From positions 52,511-116,510 of the forward strand of contig CAZSIF010000001.1 in NCBI GenBank assembly GCA_964607155.1: a DNA stretch of 64,000 nt. Direction: 5' to 3'. The stretch comes from an uncultured Oscillospiraceae bacterium. GTDB taxonomy: Bacteria; Bacillota; Clostridia; Christensenellales; CAG-314. The stretch's first letter is position 1. Every line of letters begins with the position of its first letter. Positions 9,038-18,155 of this stretch are shown here, piece by piece. The notes below the pieces were generated by a model, which was given only the letters and a program-made list of their open reading frames with translations, searched no databases and was not told the DNA's origin. Position numbers and translations under genes: made by a program.

Positions 9038-9068
9038 AAAGAGCTTGGTGCCATGCTGAGCTCTTTTT
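9038..9068 (+). terminator. Intrinsic terminator about 200 nt downstream of the first carboxypeptidase gene
   Basis: The AAAGAGCT / AGCTCTTT stem has a 13-nt loop and is followed by TTTTT. Confidence 0.7.
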
Positions 9069-9114
9069 ATTGTAAAAAACCAAAGGATATTACTGTTTGT
9101 GTGGCAAGATACGA

Positions 9115-9143
9115 TTGACTTTTTTATTGCAATTTGATAAAAT
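9115..9143 (+). promoter_or_regulatory. Candidate sigma-A promoter positioned to give a leaderless M50-protease mRNA
   Basis: TTGACT, 17 nt, TAAAAT. The -10 ends 6 nt before the A of ATG 9150. Confidence 0.5.
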
Positions 9144-9149
9144 AAATCT

Positions 9150-9869
9150 ATGTATTTTTTCGAGATATTAACAAATTATGGTAATGGCGTCACGAGAGAA
9201 AGTCTTTTATACGTTATTGCGTTTTTGATTGCGCTGGTTGTTGCGCTTGTCTGTCACGAGGTGGCACACGGTTATGTTGCTCTGTTAAACGGTGACGATA
9301 CCGCCAAAATGAGCGGACGCTTATCTTTTAATCCGCTAAAGCACTTTAACCTGATAGGGTTTTGTCTTATGCTGCTTGTTGGGTTTGGATTTGCAAATCC
9401 CGTGCCAGTAAACCCCAACAATTACAAAAATCGCAAGCTGGGTAGTGTAACAGTTGCATTGGCGGGCGTTGTAACTAACCTGTTGTTGGCATTTGTGTCG
9501 GCACTTGGATATGTGCTATTGTTGCAGTATATGACTTCATTAACGGAATTGAGCTCTGCGCAATATTATATTATCCTTTTTTTGACTGCATTTTTTAATT
9601 ATATGCTGTCGTTTAACATATCCTTTGCGCTGTTCAACATTTTGCCGTTGTATCCGTTGGACGGATATCGTCTACTTGAGGCATTTGTTGATGAAAACAA
9701 CTCGTTTATGCGTTTTTTGCGCAAGTACAGCATGGGTATTATCCTTGTGCTTGTGTTGATGGGTAGCGTGTCGTTCTTGTCGGCATATTCGCCATTGGAT
9801 ATTTACATTAGTAAGGTCGGTAATTGGCTGTATATGCTGTTCTTTAAGTTTTGGGGGTTATTGTTCTGA
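9150..9869 (+). CDS. Site-2 protease family (M50-like) membrane metalloprotease
   Basis: 239 aa polytopic protein with HEVAHG (HExxH) in the first TM region. It sits directly upstream of scpA, as in many Firmicutes. No SD. Confidence 0.75.
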   Translation: MYFFEILTNYGNGVTRESLLYVIAFLIALVVALVCHEVAHGYVALLNGDDTAKMSGRLSFNPLKHFNLIGFCLMLLVGFGFANPVPVNPNNYKNRKLGSVTVALAGVVTNLLLAFVSALGYVLLLQYMTSLTELSSAQYYIILFLTAFFNYMLSFNISFALFNILPLYPLDGYRLLEAFVDENNSFMRFLRKYSMGIILVLVLMGSVSFLSAYSPLDIYISKVGNWLYMLFFKFWGLLF

Positions 9870-10714
9870 TGTCGGAAGAATTTAATCAGGCTGTCGATAT
9901 TGCGGCGGACGGTCAACAGGTCGAGCCGATGTTCGAGTTTCAACAAGAGTCGGGCTTGGAGCTTAAGCTTGCGAATTTTGACGGACCGTTGGATTTGCTG
10001 CTAACGCTTGTTAAGGAAAATAAAATAGAAATTAAAGACATATTTGTTTCGCAGGTTACGGAGCAGTTTTTGCAGTATATGGATCAAGTGGCAGAGCTGG
10101 ATATCGAGCAAGCAAGCGAGTATATGGCGATGTCCGCAACACTTTTAGAAATAAAATCGAGAGCGTTGTTGCCCATTTTGCCCGAGCTGGAAAAGGACGA
10201 GGAATCGCCCGAAGAGGTGCTTATCAGGCAGCTTGAGGAGTACAAGCTTTTCAAGGAAATTGTTACGGAGCTTAAAGAACAGGAAAACGTTGACCGTTTT
10301 TACCGTGAACCGGATAAAAGCGTGGGTAAGGAAGTTAGCGTAATTAAGGATACGCTTAGCGTTGACGGTTTTTTGAAGGCGTTTAACAAATTTTTGCTTA
10401 AACTACAAGCGCGTACAACGGTTGAGAATGTGTCGCGCACGATGGTCAAGGAAAGCTTTTCTGTTCCGCAAAAGATACGCTACATACAAGAAGTTTTGAA
10501 AACGGAAAATCGTTTTAATTTTTTGGAGTTGTTTGACGAAAATGCAACAAGAAATGAGTTCGTTACCACATTTATTGCCGTTTTGGAGCTATTGAAGCTT
10601 CAAATTATCACGGTGAAACAGGACGCTCTTTTTGAGGACGTTATTATTGAAAAGAAGGCGGGCGCGGACAACATTCAGGCGGTTGTGGAGGATGATTATG
10701 AAACGGTGGAGTAA
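9869..10714 (+). CDS. scpA: Segregation and condensation protein A
   Basis: The ATG at 9869 overlaps the upstream stop (TGATG). The N-terminus FDGPLDLLLTLVKENKIEIKDI is typical of ScpA. Confidence 0.9.
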   Translation: MSEEFNQAVDIAADGQQVEPMFEFQQESGLELKLANFDGPLDLLLTLVKENKIEIKDIFVSQVTEQFLQYMDQVAELDIEQASEYMAMSATLLEIKSRALLPILPELEKDEESPEEVLIRQLEEYKLFKEIVTELKEQENVDRFYREPDKSVGKEVSVIKDTLSVDGFLKAFNKFLLKLQARTTVENVSRTMVKESFSVPQKIRYIQEVLKTENRFNFLELFDENATRNEFVTTFIAVLELLKLQIITVKQDALFEDVIIEKKAGADNIQAVVEDDYETVE

Positions 10715-11327
10715 TATAATAGAATCGATTTTGTTTGTTTCCGGTAAAGAGGTTGAAGAAGCATTTATCAAAGAGAAATTGGAAATTGGCAATGCGGAAT
10801 TTAATGACGCGGTCAAAGAACTGACGGAAAAATTTAGCGGCGAATCCGGCATTAAACTAATTCGTTTTAATAAAAAGCTTCAATTTTGCACGAACGAAGA
10901 TTATTCCAAAGAGGTGGAGGCAGTTTTGAATCCTATAAAGGAAAAAGAACTTACCAATGCAATGCTGGAAACCTTGGCGATTGTCGCTTATAAGCAGCCT
11001 GTCACTCGCTTAGATATTGAGGATATTCGCAGCGTGGACTGCACATATGCAGTGCAAAACTTGCTTAGACTTGGGCTTATTCAAGTTGTGGGTAGAAAAG
11101 AAACTATCGGAAAACCTCTTTTGCTTGGTACGACCGATGACTTCTTGAAGCGTTTTGCAATAAGCGACGTTACTGATTTGCCCGATTACGAAAGCTTATT
11201 TGAAAAACTGCAAGAGCTTTCTGCTGCGGCTACGGCACCCGTTGAGGTGGTGGAAAAACCGATGTTCGACAAGGTGGAGGACGTGCCTGACTTTTTAGTT
11301 GGTGAAAATGTTGAAAAGGTTGAGTAG
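10698..11327 (+). CDS. scpB: Segregation and condensation protein B
   Basis: ATG 10698 is preceded by GGAGGA. IIESILFVSG and LETLAIVAYKQPVTRLDIEDIRSV are ScpB hallmarks. Confidence 0.9.
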   Translation: MKRWSNIIESILFVSGKEVEEAFIKEKLEIGNAEFNDAVKELTEKFSGESGIKLIRFNKKLQFCTNEDYSKEVEAVLNPIKEKELTNAMLETLAIVAYKQPVTRLDIEDIRSVDCTYAVQNLLRLGLIQVVGRKETIGKPLLLGTTDDFLKRFAISDVTDLPDYESLFEKLQELSAAATAPVEVVEKPMFDKVEDVPDFLVGENVEKVE

Positions 11328-11355
11328 AACAATATTACATATTTGGAATTTAATG

Positions 11356-11386
11356 CGTTGCAACACAAAAGTTGCAACGTTTTTTT
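11356..11386 (+). terminator. Intrinsic terminator after scpB
   Basis: The CGTTGCAAC / GTTGCAACG stem is followed by T7. Confidence 0.85.
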
Positions 11387-11632
11387 GTGATTTGACAAAA
11401 AATGAATTGTTAGTGGTACAGAGAGTGTGTGGGGGTTAATTTTGTTTCGTTAGTCTGGTGACATTAAATGTATAATTTTTATCAAAATCGTATCAAGAGG
11501 AATGAATTATGTCAGAAATCGACAAAATAAAGAATACTATGTTAGTAATAACAACAAAATAACGGCTTTTTTTATTCTTATTTAAGTCCGATTAGGTATA
11601 TTTAGTGACACGAAAATGCATGCTAAGAATAA

Positions 11633-12151
11633 ATGTTATCGGTGACGATTGTGATGTTATTTGTGCTCTGTCTGTTTGCCCCTTTGCGTTTAAGTTTGAT
11701 TGGCGTAATTGATTTTGACAAACTGTTAGCTAATATAACGGTGCGTTTTTGGGGATTGCGTTTTTTTGAAGAGAGAATACGTCTGACACGCAAGGGCGTG
11801 CAGTGTAATGGCTCAATCAATACGCAAATTAATTATTCGGGGTTGGACTTCACGGGTGGAGTGGGTTTGGCAAAATGCGTTACCGTTGACAGCGTGTATT
11901 GCCGACTTACAATGAATGTTGCGGGCCGCTCGCCTTTTCTACTGCAAGTTGGCAATGCATCTTGCTTTGTTGCTGCTTTTTGCGGCGTAACACTAACGCA
12001 TACTAAAATTGCCACCGAGTTTTCTGTCAATTTTGATAAAAACAATCTGTCGTGTGCAGCTTACGTCAGCTTTAATATCTTTGAGGTTTTGTGCTTTACA
12101 ACACAGCAGCTTATTTTGGGAGGTAACAATGGACGGAGTGCAAATAAATGA
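11633..12151 (+). CDS. Hypothetical membrane protein, possibly the YtfI/DUF2953 sporulation family
   Basis: 172 aa with an N-terminal TM helix. It overlaps the ytfJ start by 23 nt. The family call rests mainly on its position upstream of ytfJ and is weak. Confidence 0.5.
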   Translation: MLSVTIVMLFVLCLFAPLRLSLIGVIDFDKLLANITVRFWGLRFFEERIRLTRKGVQCNGSINTQINYSGLDFTGGVGLAKCVTVDSVYCRLTMNVAGRSPFLLQVGNASCFVAAFCGVTLTHTKIATEFSVNFDKNNLSCAAYVSFNIFEVLCFTTQQLILGGNNGRSANK

Positions 12152-12497
12152 AATTGTGCAATCTGCAATCACGAGTTTGAGCAAGGCAGCGGAGGTAAAT
12201 ACAATTATCGGCGAACCGCTTGTAACAATGGATGGAACGACAATATTACCTGTATCGCAGGTTACGTTTGCGTTTATGGCAGGTGGAGGCGAGTACGGTA
12301 ATATTACGGAAAAACGTTTGAGTAAGCTTAAACCTGACGCAAACTTTGCAGGGGGCACGGGCGGTGGCGCTTCGTTGACGCCGGTGGGTTTTCTTGTTAT
12401 TGATAAAAATGGCGTTAGAATGATTGAGGCTGAAAATGAAAGTGTGCTATCCAAAATCTTGGATATAGGCAAAGGGTTATTTGGTGCGGATGCGTAA
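12129..12497 (+). CDS. ytfJ: Sporulation protein YtfJ/GerW
   Basis: GGGAGG lies upstream of ATG 12129. PVSQVTFAFMAGGGEYG and GGGASLTPVGFLVI are characteristic of the GerW family. Confidence 0.85.
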   Translation: MDGVQINEIVQSAITSLSKAAEVNTIIGEPLVTMDGTTILPVSQVTFAFMAGGGEYGNITEKRLSKLKPDANFAGGTGGGASLTPVGFLVIDKNGVRMIEAENESVLSKILDIGKGLFGADA

Positions 12498-13515
12498 ATT
12501 ATGTTGGTTATCGGTGTGCGTTGTTGTTCTTTCTGCTTGTTTTTTGCTACAAGTCGATATTAATGCTAACGCCGAGCTCAATTTGGATGCAAAAGCCGCT
12601 ATCGTTATGGAAGCGACAAGTCGTCGTGTTTTGTTGGAAAAGAATGCCGATCAACGTTTGCCTATGGCAAGCACGACCAAAATTGCAACTGCATTAACGG
12701 TTATAAAGTGTTGCACTGATTTGAACAAAGTGATATCTGTGCCGGCAGAGGCTTGTGGCATAGAAGGCTCGTCGGTTTATCTTGTTGCAGGGGAAAGGCT
12801 TTCCATTATGGATTTGCTTTATGGCTTGATGTTGCGTAGCGGAAACGACTGCGCTGTTGCGCTCGCTATTACCGTCGGCGGAAGTGTATCGGGGTTTGTC
12901 GATTGTATGAATTCTGTTGCGGCGGAACTTGGGTGCAACAATACCCATTTTGCCAATCCGCACGGCTTACACGATGATAATCATTACACCTCGGCTAAAG
13001 ATTTGGCTACAATTACTTGTGAAGCGTATCGGCAGAATATTTTTGCCACAATCGTTTCGGCACGAAGCTATCGTGTTACAACTGATGCAAGCAACAGGGT
13101 TTTTGTGAACAAAAACAAATTGCTTAGTAGATATGCGCTTGCCGACGGTGTAAAAACCGGTTATACAAAAAAGGCTGGACGTTGCTTTGTCGGGAGCGCA
13201 ACCCACAATGGCATGCGTCTGATTGCAGTGGTATTAAACTGTGCGCCCATGTTCGAACAAACGCAACAGATGTTTGAGTGGGCTTTTGATAAATACGGTC
13301 AAAAACGATATTTCAAAAATCAATTAATCTGTGCGGCAGGCATTGAAAAAGAAAAGCGCGCATTTTTATATCTGGCGTGTGAGATTTATTTGCCCGTGGG
13401 TGAAAACGAGCAAATTACGGTTGAAGTAACACATGACAGGGACTACTATATACGCTTTCACGTTGGCGATTTTGTTACGCAGCGTTATCGGTTGAGCGAA
13501 ACGCCTGTGGGCTAA
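12490..13515 (+). CDS. D-alanyl-D-alanine carboxypeptidase (peptidase S11, second paralog, DacF-like position)
   Basis: Signal peptide, then SxxK (STTK), SxN (SGN) and KTG (VKTGYT). The exact start is uncertain (12481 TTG or 12490 ATG). Confidence 0.85.
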   Translation: MRKLCWLSVCVVVLSACFLLQVDINANAELNLDAKAAIVMEATSRRVLLEKNADQRLPMASTTKIATALTVIKCCTDLNKVISVPAEACGIEGSSVYLVAGERLSIMDLLYGLMLRSGNDCAVALAITVGGSVSGFVDCMNSVAAELGCNNTHFANPHGLHDDNHYTSAKDLATITCEAYRQNIFATIVSARSYRVTTDASNRVFVNKNKLLSRYALADGVKTGYTKKAGRCFVGSATHNGMRLIAVVLNCAPMFEQTQQMFEWAFDKYGQKRYFKNQLICAAGIEKEKRAFLYLACEIYLPVGENEQITVEVTHDRDYYIRFHVGDFVTQRYRLSETPVG

Positions 13516-13538
13516 TTGCTGTGCATGCTTAAGACTCG

Positions 13539-13563
13539 GCCCGTCGTTATTGACGGGCTTTTT
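13539..13563 (+). terminator. Intrinsic terminator after the second carboxypeptidase gene
   Basis: The GCCCGTC / GACGGGC stem is followed by TTTTT. Confidence 0.8.
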
Positions 13564-13743
13564 ATGCTTTGCGAATAATGCCGATTTTTATATCGTTTTT
13601 ACACATTTTTTGTCTATTTATTTTGTTTGTCGATTAAATTTGCTTGAATTGCGCGAATATCGTACAGAAAATGTTCACTGTTATTCTGATGACCGCAAAA
13701 AGGTTGCTTTTTTTATCAAAATAAATTATTATTATAATTAAGC

Positions 13744-13772
13744 AATTACGCAAGACTTTTTGCGTAATTTTT
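13744..13772 (+). terminator. Orphan intrinsic terminator or attenuator 23 nt upstream of the rluB start
   Basis: A perfect 10-bp stem (AATTACGCAA / TTGCGTAATT) with a 6-nt loop, running into TTTTT. Confidence 0.65.
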
Positions 13773-13794
13773 ATTGCTTAGAGAGGTTTACTAT

Positions 13795-14493
13795 ATGCGT
13801 ATCAATAAATATCTTGCCGAATATGGCGTGGGCAGTAGGCGTGAATGCGACAGGCTTGTTGAAGAGGGAGTCGTTAAAATTAACGACAGAATTGCCCGTC
13901 CCGGCGATGACGTTTCGGATAATGACCGCGTGACGGTTAAAGGAAAGCGTCTTTCGGATAAAGAGGCTTTGTGTTACATTATGTTGCACAAACCCAAGGG
14001 ATATATTACCACCGTTAAGGACGACAAGGGGCGCAAAACGGTTATGGAGCTGGTTAACGTTAATCGCAGATTGTTTCCGGTGGGGCGTTTAGACTACGAT
14101 ACAGAAGGACTGCTTATACTTACAAATGACGGCGAGCTTGCAAATCGTTTAACTCATCCGCGCAATGAGGTGAATAAAACATATATTGCGCGCATTTCCG
14201 GTATGCTGCAAGAAAACGAACGTGCACAACTGGAGCGTGGAGTGGAGCTTGATGGCGTTAAAACTGCGCCTGCAAGAGTTAAAATTTTGGCACGCGACCA
14301 ACATCATACGAGAGTGGAAATTACGATACACGAAGGACGGAACCGTCAGGTAAAACGAATGTTTGAGGCGGTGGGCAAGGAAGTGGAATTCCTTAAGCGC
14401 GTTGCCGTAGGAGAACTTAGGCTTGGCGGCTTGAAGCGAGGCGCATATCGTTTTTTGAACGAACGTGAAATTGACTACCTAAAGAACGTTTGA
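13795..14493 (+). CDS. rluB: 23S rRNA pseudouridine synthase RluB (RsuA family)
   Basis: S4 domain MRINKYLAEYGVGSRRE plus the catalytic motif GRLDYDTEGLL. GAGAGG SD. Confidence 0.9.
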   Translation: MRINKYLAEYGVGSRRECDRLVEEGVVKINDRIARPGDDVSDNDRVTVKGKRLSDKEALCYIMLHKPKGYITTVKDDKGRKTVMELVNVNRRLFPVGRLDYDTEGLLILTNDGELANRLTHPRNEVNKTYIARISGMLQENERAQLERGVELDGVKTAPARVKILARDQHHTRVEITIHEGRNRQVKRMFEAVGKEVEFLKRVAVGELRLGGLKRGAYRFLNEREIDYLKNV

Positions 14494-14750
14494 GCGTATC
14501 GCGAACAAGTTAATGTATTTTTTGATGGCTCGGTTGTATTGCCGATAATGGTTTTATTTGCATAAATAATTGTTCCCAAAAATACATTAGCGCATAGTGT
14601 GTTTGCAGATTTTTATTGCCACGTTCATTTTTGAATTATGTCGTAATGTATATGGCAATGCGATACCGTTCATTTTTTTTAAACGTGCAAAAATACGCTT
14701 TATTGCAGCATATTTTGATTGTGCGCTAAAAACTTTTTATAAGGATTGAA

Positions 14751-15491
14751 ATGAAAATATTACTAACAAATGATGACGGATATTTGAGCGAGGGGTTAAT
14801 GCTGTTGTGCAACGAGCTTGCACGCTCTGGGCATGAGCTATGGGTTGTTGCTCCGGACGGACAGCGTTCGGCAACATCGCATGCAGTTAACTTCCACAGA
14901 AATCTAATAGTAAAGCAATTGAATGATTATTGTGGAGCGAAAAAGGCTTTTATTTGCTCCGGAACGCCAGCCGACTGTGTTAAATTTGCCGATAGCATGC
15001 TTGACGTTGAGTTTGACTTGCTTGTTTCCGGGCCAAATAACGGCGAAAATTACGGTTGTGCTATGTTGTACTCCGGAACGGTTGCCGCCGCAGAGGAGGG
15101 AACATTGTGCGGAATAAAAAGTATTGCTTTATCGCGACTTGGCTATAATCGACCGTTTGGCGGCTGCGTGGATTATTTTGTTTCTCACTTAGAGGAACTT
15201 GCGTTTTTTTCTAAGCCGAACTCCTTGCTGAACGTCAACGTGCCCGATTTGCCACTATCGCAAATAAAGGGAGTGCGTGTTGCTCCGCAAAGCAAAAGTA
15301 GACTTTTTGCGGACTATTTTGTTGAGACGGACGAGCCTGACGTTTTTCGTGTTGTGGGCGATAGGGTTTCCGATGCGGAGGAGGGGAGCGATATTTTGTT
15401 CGCTGACGAAGGCTACGTTACAATTACGCCGATAACTGTGTTGCGTACGGATTTGGCGGCAATGGACGAACTTAAAAGACTTGAAAAATGA
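14751..15491 (+). CDS. surE: 5'/3'-nucleotidase SurE
   Basis: 246 aa. N-terminus MKILLTNDDG and the GPNNGEN motif. Confidence 0.9.
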   Translation: MKILLTNDDGYLSEGLMLLCNELARSGHELWVVAPDGQRSATSHAVNFHRNLIVKQLNDYCGAKKAFICSGTPADCVKFADSMLDVEFDLLVSGPNNGENYGCAMLYSGTVAAAEEGTLCGIKSIALSRLGYNRPFGGCVDYFVSHLEELAFFSKPNSLLNVNVPDLPLSQIKGVRVAPQSKSRLFADYFVETDEPDVFRVVGDRVSDAEEGSDILFADEGYVTITPITVLRTDLAAMDELKRLEK

Positions 15492-15597
15492 TTTGCACGG
15501 TTGACATTAGCATAATGTTTGATATGAACATCTGCGTGATGACGGCAAACTTACAATAGTAGCAAAAATTTTGTTAGTAAACTTAAGGGAGAAAGCA

Positions 15598-16818
15598 ATG
15601 AGAGTTGCCGTAATTGGCGGAGGTCCTGCCGGGTTAATGGCTGCAGCTTCTGCTGCGCAAGGCGGAGCGGACGTTACTCTTTTTGAGAAAAACGAAAAGC
15701 TCGGAAAAAAAATGTATATTAGCGGCAAAGGGCGTTGCAACCTTACAAATGACTGTGATGTGCGTGATTTTTTGCAAAATATAGCAACAAATCCCAAATT
15801 TGCCACAAATTGCCTATATAAGTTTCCGCCTAAAAGTGTTATGGAACTTTGCGACCAAAACGGTTTACGCCTTAAAGTGGAGCGTGGAAACAGAGTTTTT
15901 CCGGAATCGGATAAATCCAGCGACGTTATCCGCACGTTCACTGATTTAGTAAAGCGAAGCGGCGTGAAAATTGAGCTTAATTCACAAATTTGCAACATAG
16001 TATATCAGGATAACGCTTTTATATTGCATACTATTACAGACATACTAAAATTTGATAAAGTAATTATCGCTACGGGCGGCGTATCTTATCCTGCCACAGG
16101 CAGCACGGGCGATGGATACAAGTTTGCAAAAAATCTTGGACACGCTGTGGTTGCCCCAAAGGCGGCTTTATGCAGAATTTTGTGCAAAGACACTAAATCT
16201 CTGGAGGGGCTTTCTCTAAAAAACGTTGAGGTTTCGCTGCGTGAAAATGACAAAACAATTCAAAGCGAGTTTGGCGAGATGCTTTTTACCGATGACGGCG
16301 TTTCCGGTCCTGCCGTGCTTACGTTGTCCTCAAAAATCAACAAACGTCAATATAAAAATGCGACTATTGTTATCGATCTAAAGCCTGCTTTGAACGAACA
16401 GGAATTGGACAAACGTGTGTTGCGAGATTTTTCCGAGCGCATGAATAAAGATTTGTGCAATGCGCTTGACGCTCTGCTACCAAAGCGAATTATCGATGCC
16501 GTTATTGCTCAAAGTAAAATTTCGCCGTACAAAAAAATTCATCAGATTACAGCAAACGAGCGAGCTCGACTTGTTTTTGCATTGAAAAATTTGTCTTTTC
16601 CTTATATCGGCTTGGGCGATGTGCAATCGGCAATCGTAACAAGCGGTGGCGTAGATGTTGCGGAAATAAATCCTGCAACAATGCAAAGCAAGTTGGTTAA
16701 CGGTCTGTTTTTTGCCGGCGAGGTAATTGATGTCGATGCCTTCACCGGCGGATTTAACATTCAACTTGCGCTTTCGACAGGCTACGTTGCAGGCATCAAT
16801 GCGGCAAAGCAATTGTGA
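15598..16818 (+). CDS. NAD(P)/FAD-dependent oxidoreductase, HI0933/YhiN (BaiN-like) family
   Basis: ATG 15598 follows GGGAGA. The dinucleotide fold is VAVIGGGPAGLMAA. Length and C-terminal GEVIDVDAFTGGFN are typical of the family. Confidence 0.85.
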   Translation: MRVAVIGGGPAGLMAAASAAQGGADVTLFEKNEKLGKKMYISGKGRCNLTNDCDVRDFLQNIATNPKFATNCLYKFPPKSVMELCDQNGLRLKVERGNRVFPESDKSSDVIRTFTDLVKRSGVKIELNSQICNIVYQDNAFILHTITDILKFDKVIIATGGVSYPATGSTGDGYKFAKNLGHAVVAPKAALCRILCKDTKSLEGLSLKNVEVSLRENDKTIQSEFGEMLFTDDGVSGPAVLTLSSKINKRQYKNATIVIDLKPALNEQELDKRVLRDFSERMNKDLCNALDALLPKRIIDAVIAQSKISPYKKIHQITANERARLVFALKNLSFPYIGLGDVQSAIVTSGGVDVAEINPATMQSKLVNGLFFAGEVIDVDAFTGGFNIQLALSTGYVAGINAAKQL

Positions 16819-16878
16819 TTTTTGCTATTTTTGTGTGGCATAACACGTCAGACTGTGTTTGAAATTTCGGAGTTAGTT

Positions 16879-17232
16879 ATGGGATATATTAGAGGTGCGG
16901 TTTTTACCGAAAACAATTTAGAAAGCATACGCGACGATACATGTCGTCTTGTAAGAAAAATGCTTGATAACAACAACGCAAGCGCGCTGACAATTTCCGC
17001 AGTATTTTGTACTGTAACACAGGATATTACAGCACTAAATCCCGTAAGCGTAATACGGCAGGTATTCGATTTTGAGAATGCTGCGTATATGTGCTTTGCC
17101 GAACCGCACTTTGACGGCGCGCCGTCGAGTTGCATTCGCGTTTGTTTGATTGCAGATAACCTTGAGCAGACACATGTTGTTCACTATTACGACGGTGCTG
17201 CGGCGGTCCTGCGTCCGGACCTAACGCGTTAG
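16879..17232 (+). CDS. aroH: Chorismate mutase, AroH class
   Basis: 117 aa. It aligns by eye to B. subtilis AroH, recalled from memory: IRGA at the N-terminus, C..E (MCFAE), CIRV and VLRPDL are all retained. Confidence 0.75.
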   Translation: MGYIRGAVFTENNLESIRDDTCRLVRKMLDNNNASALTISAVFCTVTQDITALNPVSVIRQVFDFENAAYMCFAEPHFDGAPSSCIRVCLIADNLEQTHVVHYYDGAAAVLRPDLTR

Positions 17233-17350
17233 CAATTGTGGTTGAATTGTATGCGCGATTTTGCACGAGCTCGATGCGATTTAATCTGTCTTTCAGCAAC
17301 GGCTCGTATTCTTTAAGAAACGCTTAAACGGCGTATCCCTTGGAGGAGAA

Positions 17351-18112
17351 ATGAAAAAGTTTATAGTCGGTCTTGCCACAGTGGGCAAGGTTGTGTTGCG
17401 TCCGTTTTTTCCCGTTAAGGTAATCGGACCGAAAAAAATCGAAAACAAAAAAAGCTTGCTTGTGGCAAATCATGTTAGTGGTTGGGATCCAATTATTTTC
17501 ACGATGTCAACAAGAGGCTTTCATTCTTTTGTATACAAAGCGGAGTTTGAAAATAACTGGTTTTTACGGTGGGTTTTTCACGGCTTAGATTGCGTCCCCG
17601 TACACAGAGGGGACGTTGATATGGCTGCCACGCGTCAAATTTTGCGATTGCTGAAAGAAGATAAATCCGTAGCGATTTTTCCTGAAGGTACACGCAATCC
17701 CAATGTTGATTGCCTACAACAATTTCACACGGGACCTGCGCTGTTTGCCTTAAAAACGCATGCGCCTATCCGTCCATATTATATTTGGGATAAATCAAAG
17801 GCGTTTAGGCGCAACTATATCATTATTGGCGACGAATTTACGTTGGAAGAATTTTACGATCGCCCAATAACCAAGGAGCTTTTGGAGCAGGCGACTGAAA
17901 TTATCAAGCAGCGAGTTGATGCGTTGCGAGTGCAACTTAACGAAATTCTTGCCGAAAAGGGTGTTAAAAGGCGCAAACGTACAAAAAAAGAAATCGAACG
18001 TACGCATAGCTACAACGCCAAGCAAAAAACGCTTTATAAACGCGAGCTACAAGCAGATACGGCGAAATCGAGCGAGGAGGCTCGTTCGGCAAACGCAGAA
18101 AGCAACGAATAA
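17351..18112 (+). CDS. plsC: 1-acyl-sn-glycerol-3-phosphate acyltransferase with a basic C-terminal tail
   Basis: HxxxxD (NHVSGWD) and FPEGTR motifs. GGAGGAG SD. Confidence 0.85.
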   Translation: MKKFIVGLATVGKVVLRPFFPVKVIGPKKIENKKSLLVANHVSGWDPIIFTMSTRGFHSFVYKAEFENNWFLRWVFHGLDCVPVHRGDVDMAATRQILRLLKEDKSVAIFPEGTRNPNVDCLQQFHTGPALFALKTHAPIRPYYIWDKSKAFRRNYIIIGDEFTLEEFYDRPITKELLEQATEIIKQRVDALRVQLNEILAEKGVKRRKRTKKEIERTHSYNAKQKTLYKRELQADTAKSSEEARSANAESNE

Positions 18113-18155
18113 CTTTAGCTTGTGCGGCGTATCGAGCGAATTTTAGAGGAGTGAA

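Noticed and set aside
11509-11562. A 17-aa mini-ORF, MSEIDKIKNTMLVITTK, with an AGAGGA SD in the scpB-DUF2953 gap
   Set aside because: It is too short and unsupported. It overlaps a degenerate copy of the recurrent motif, which may be the real signal there.
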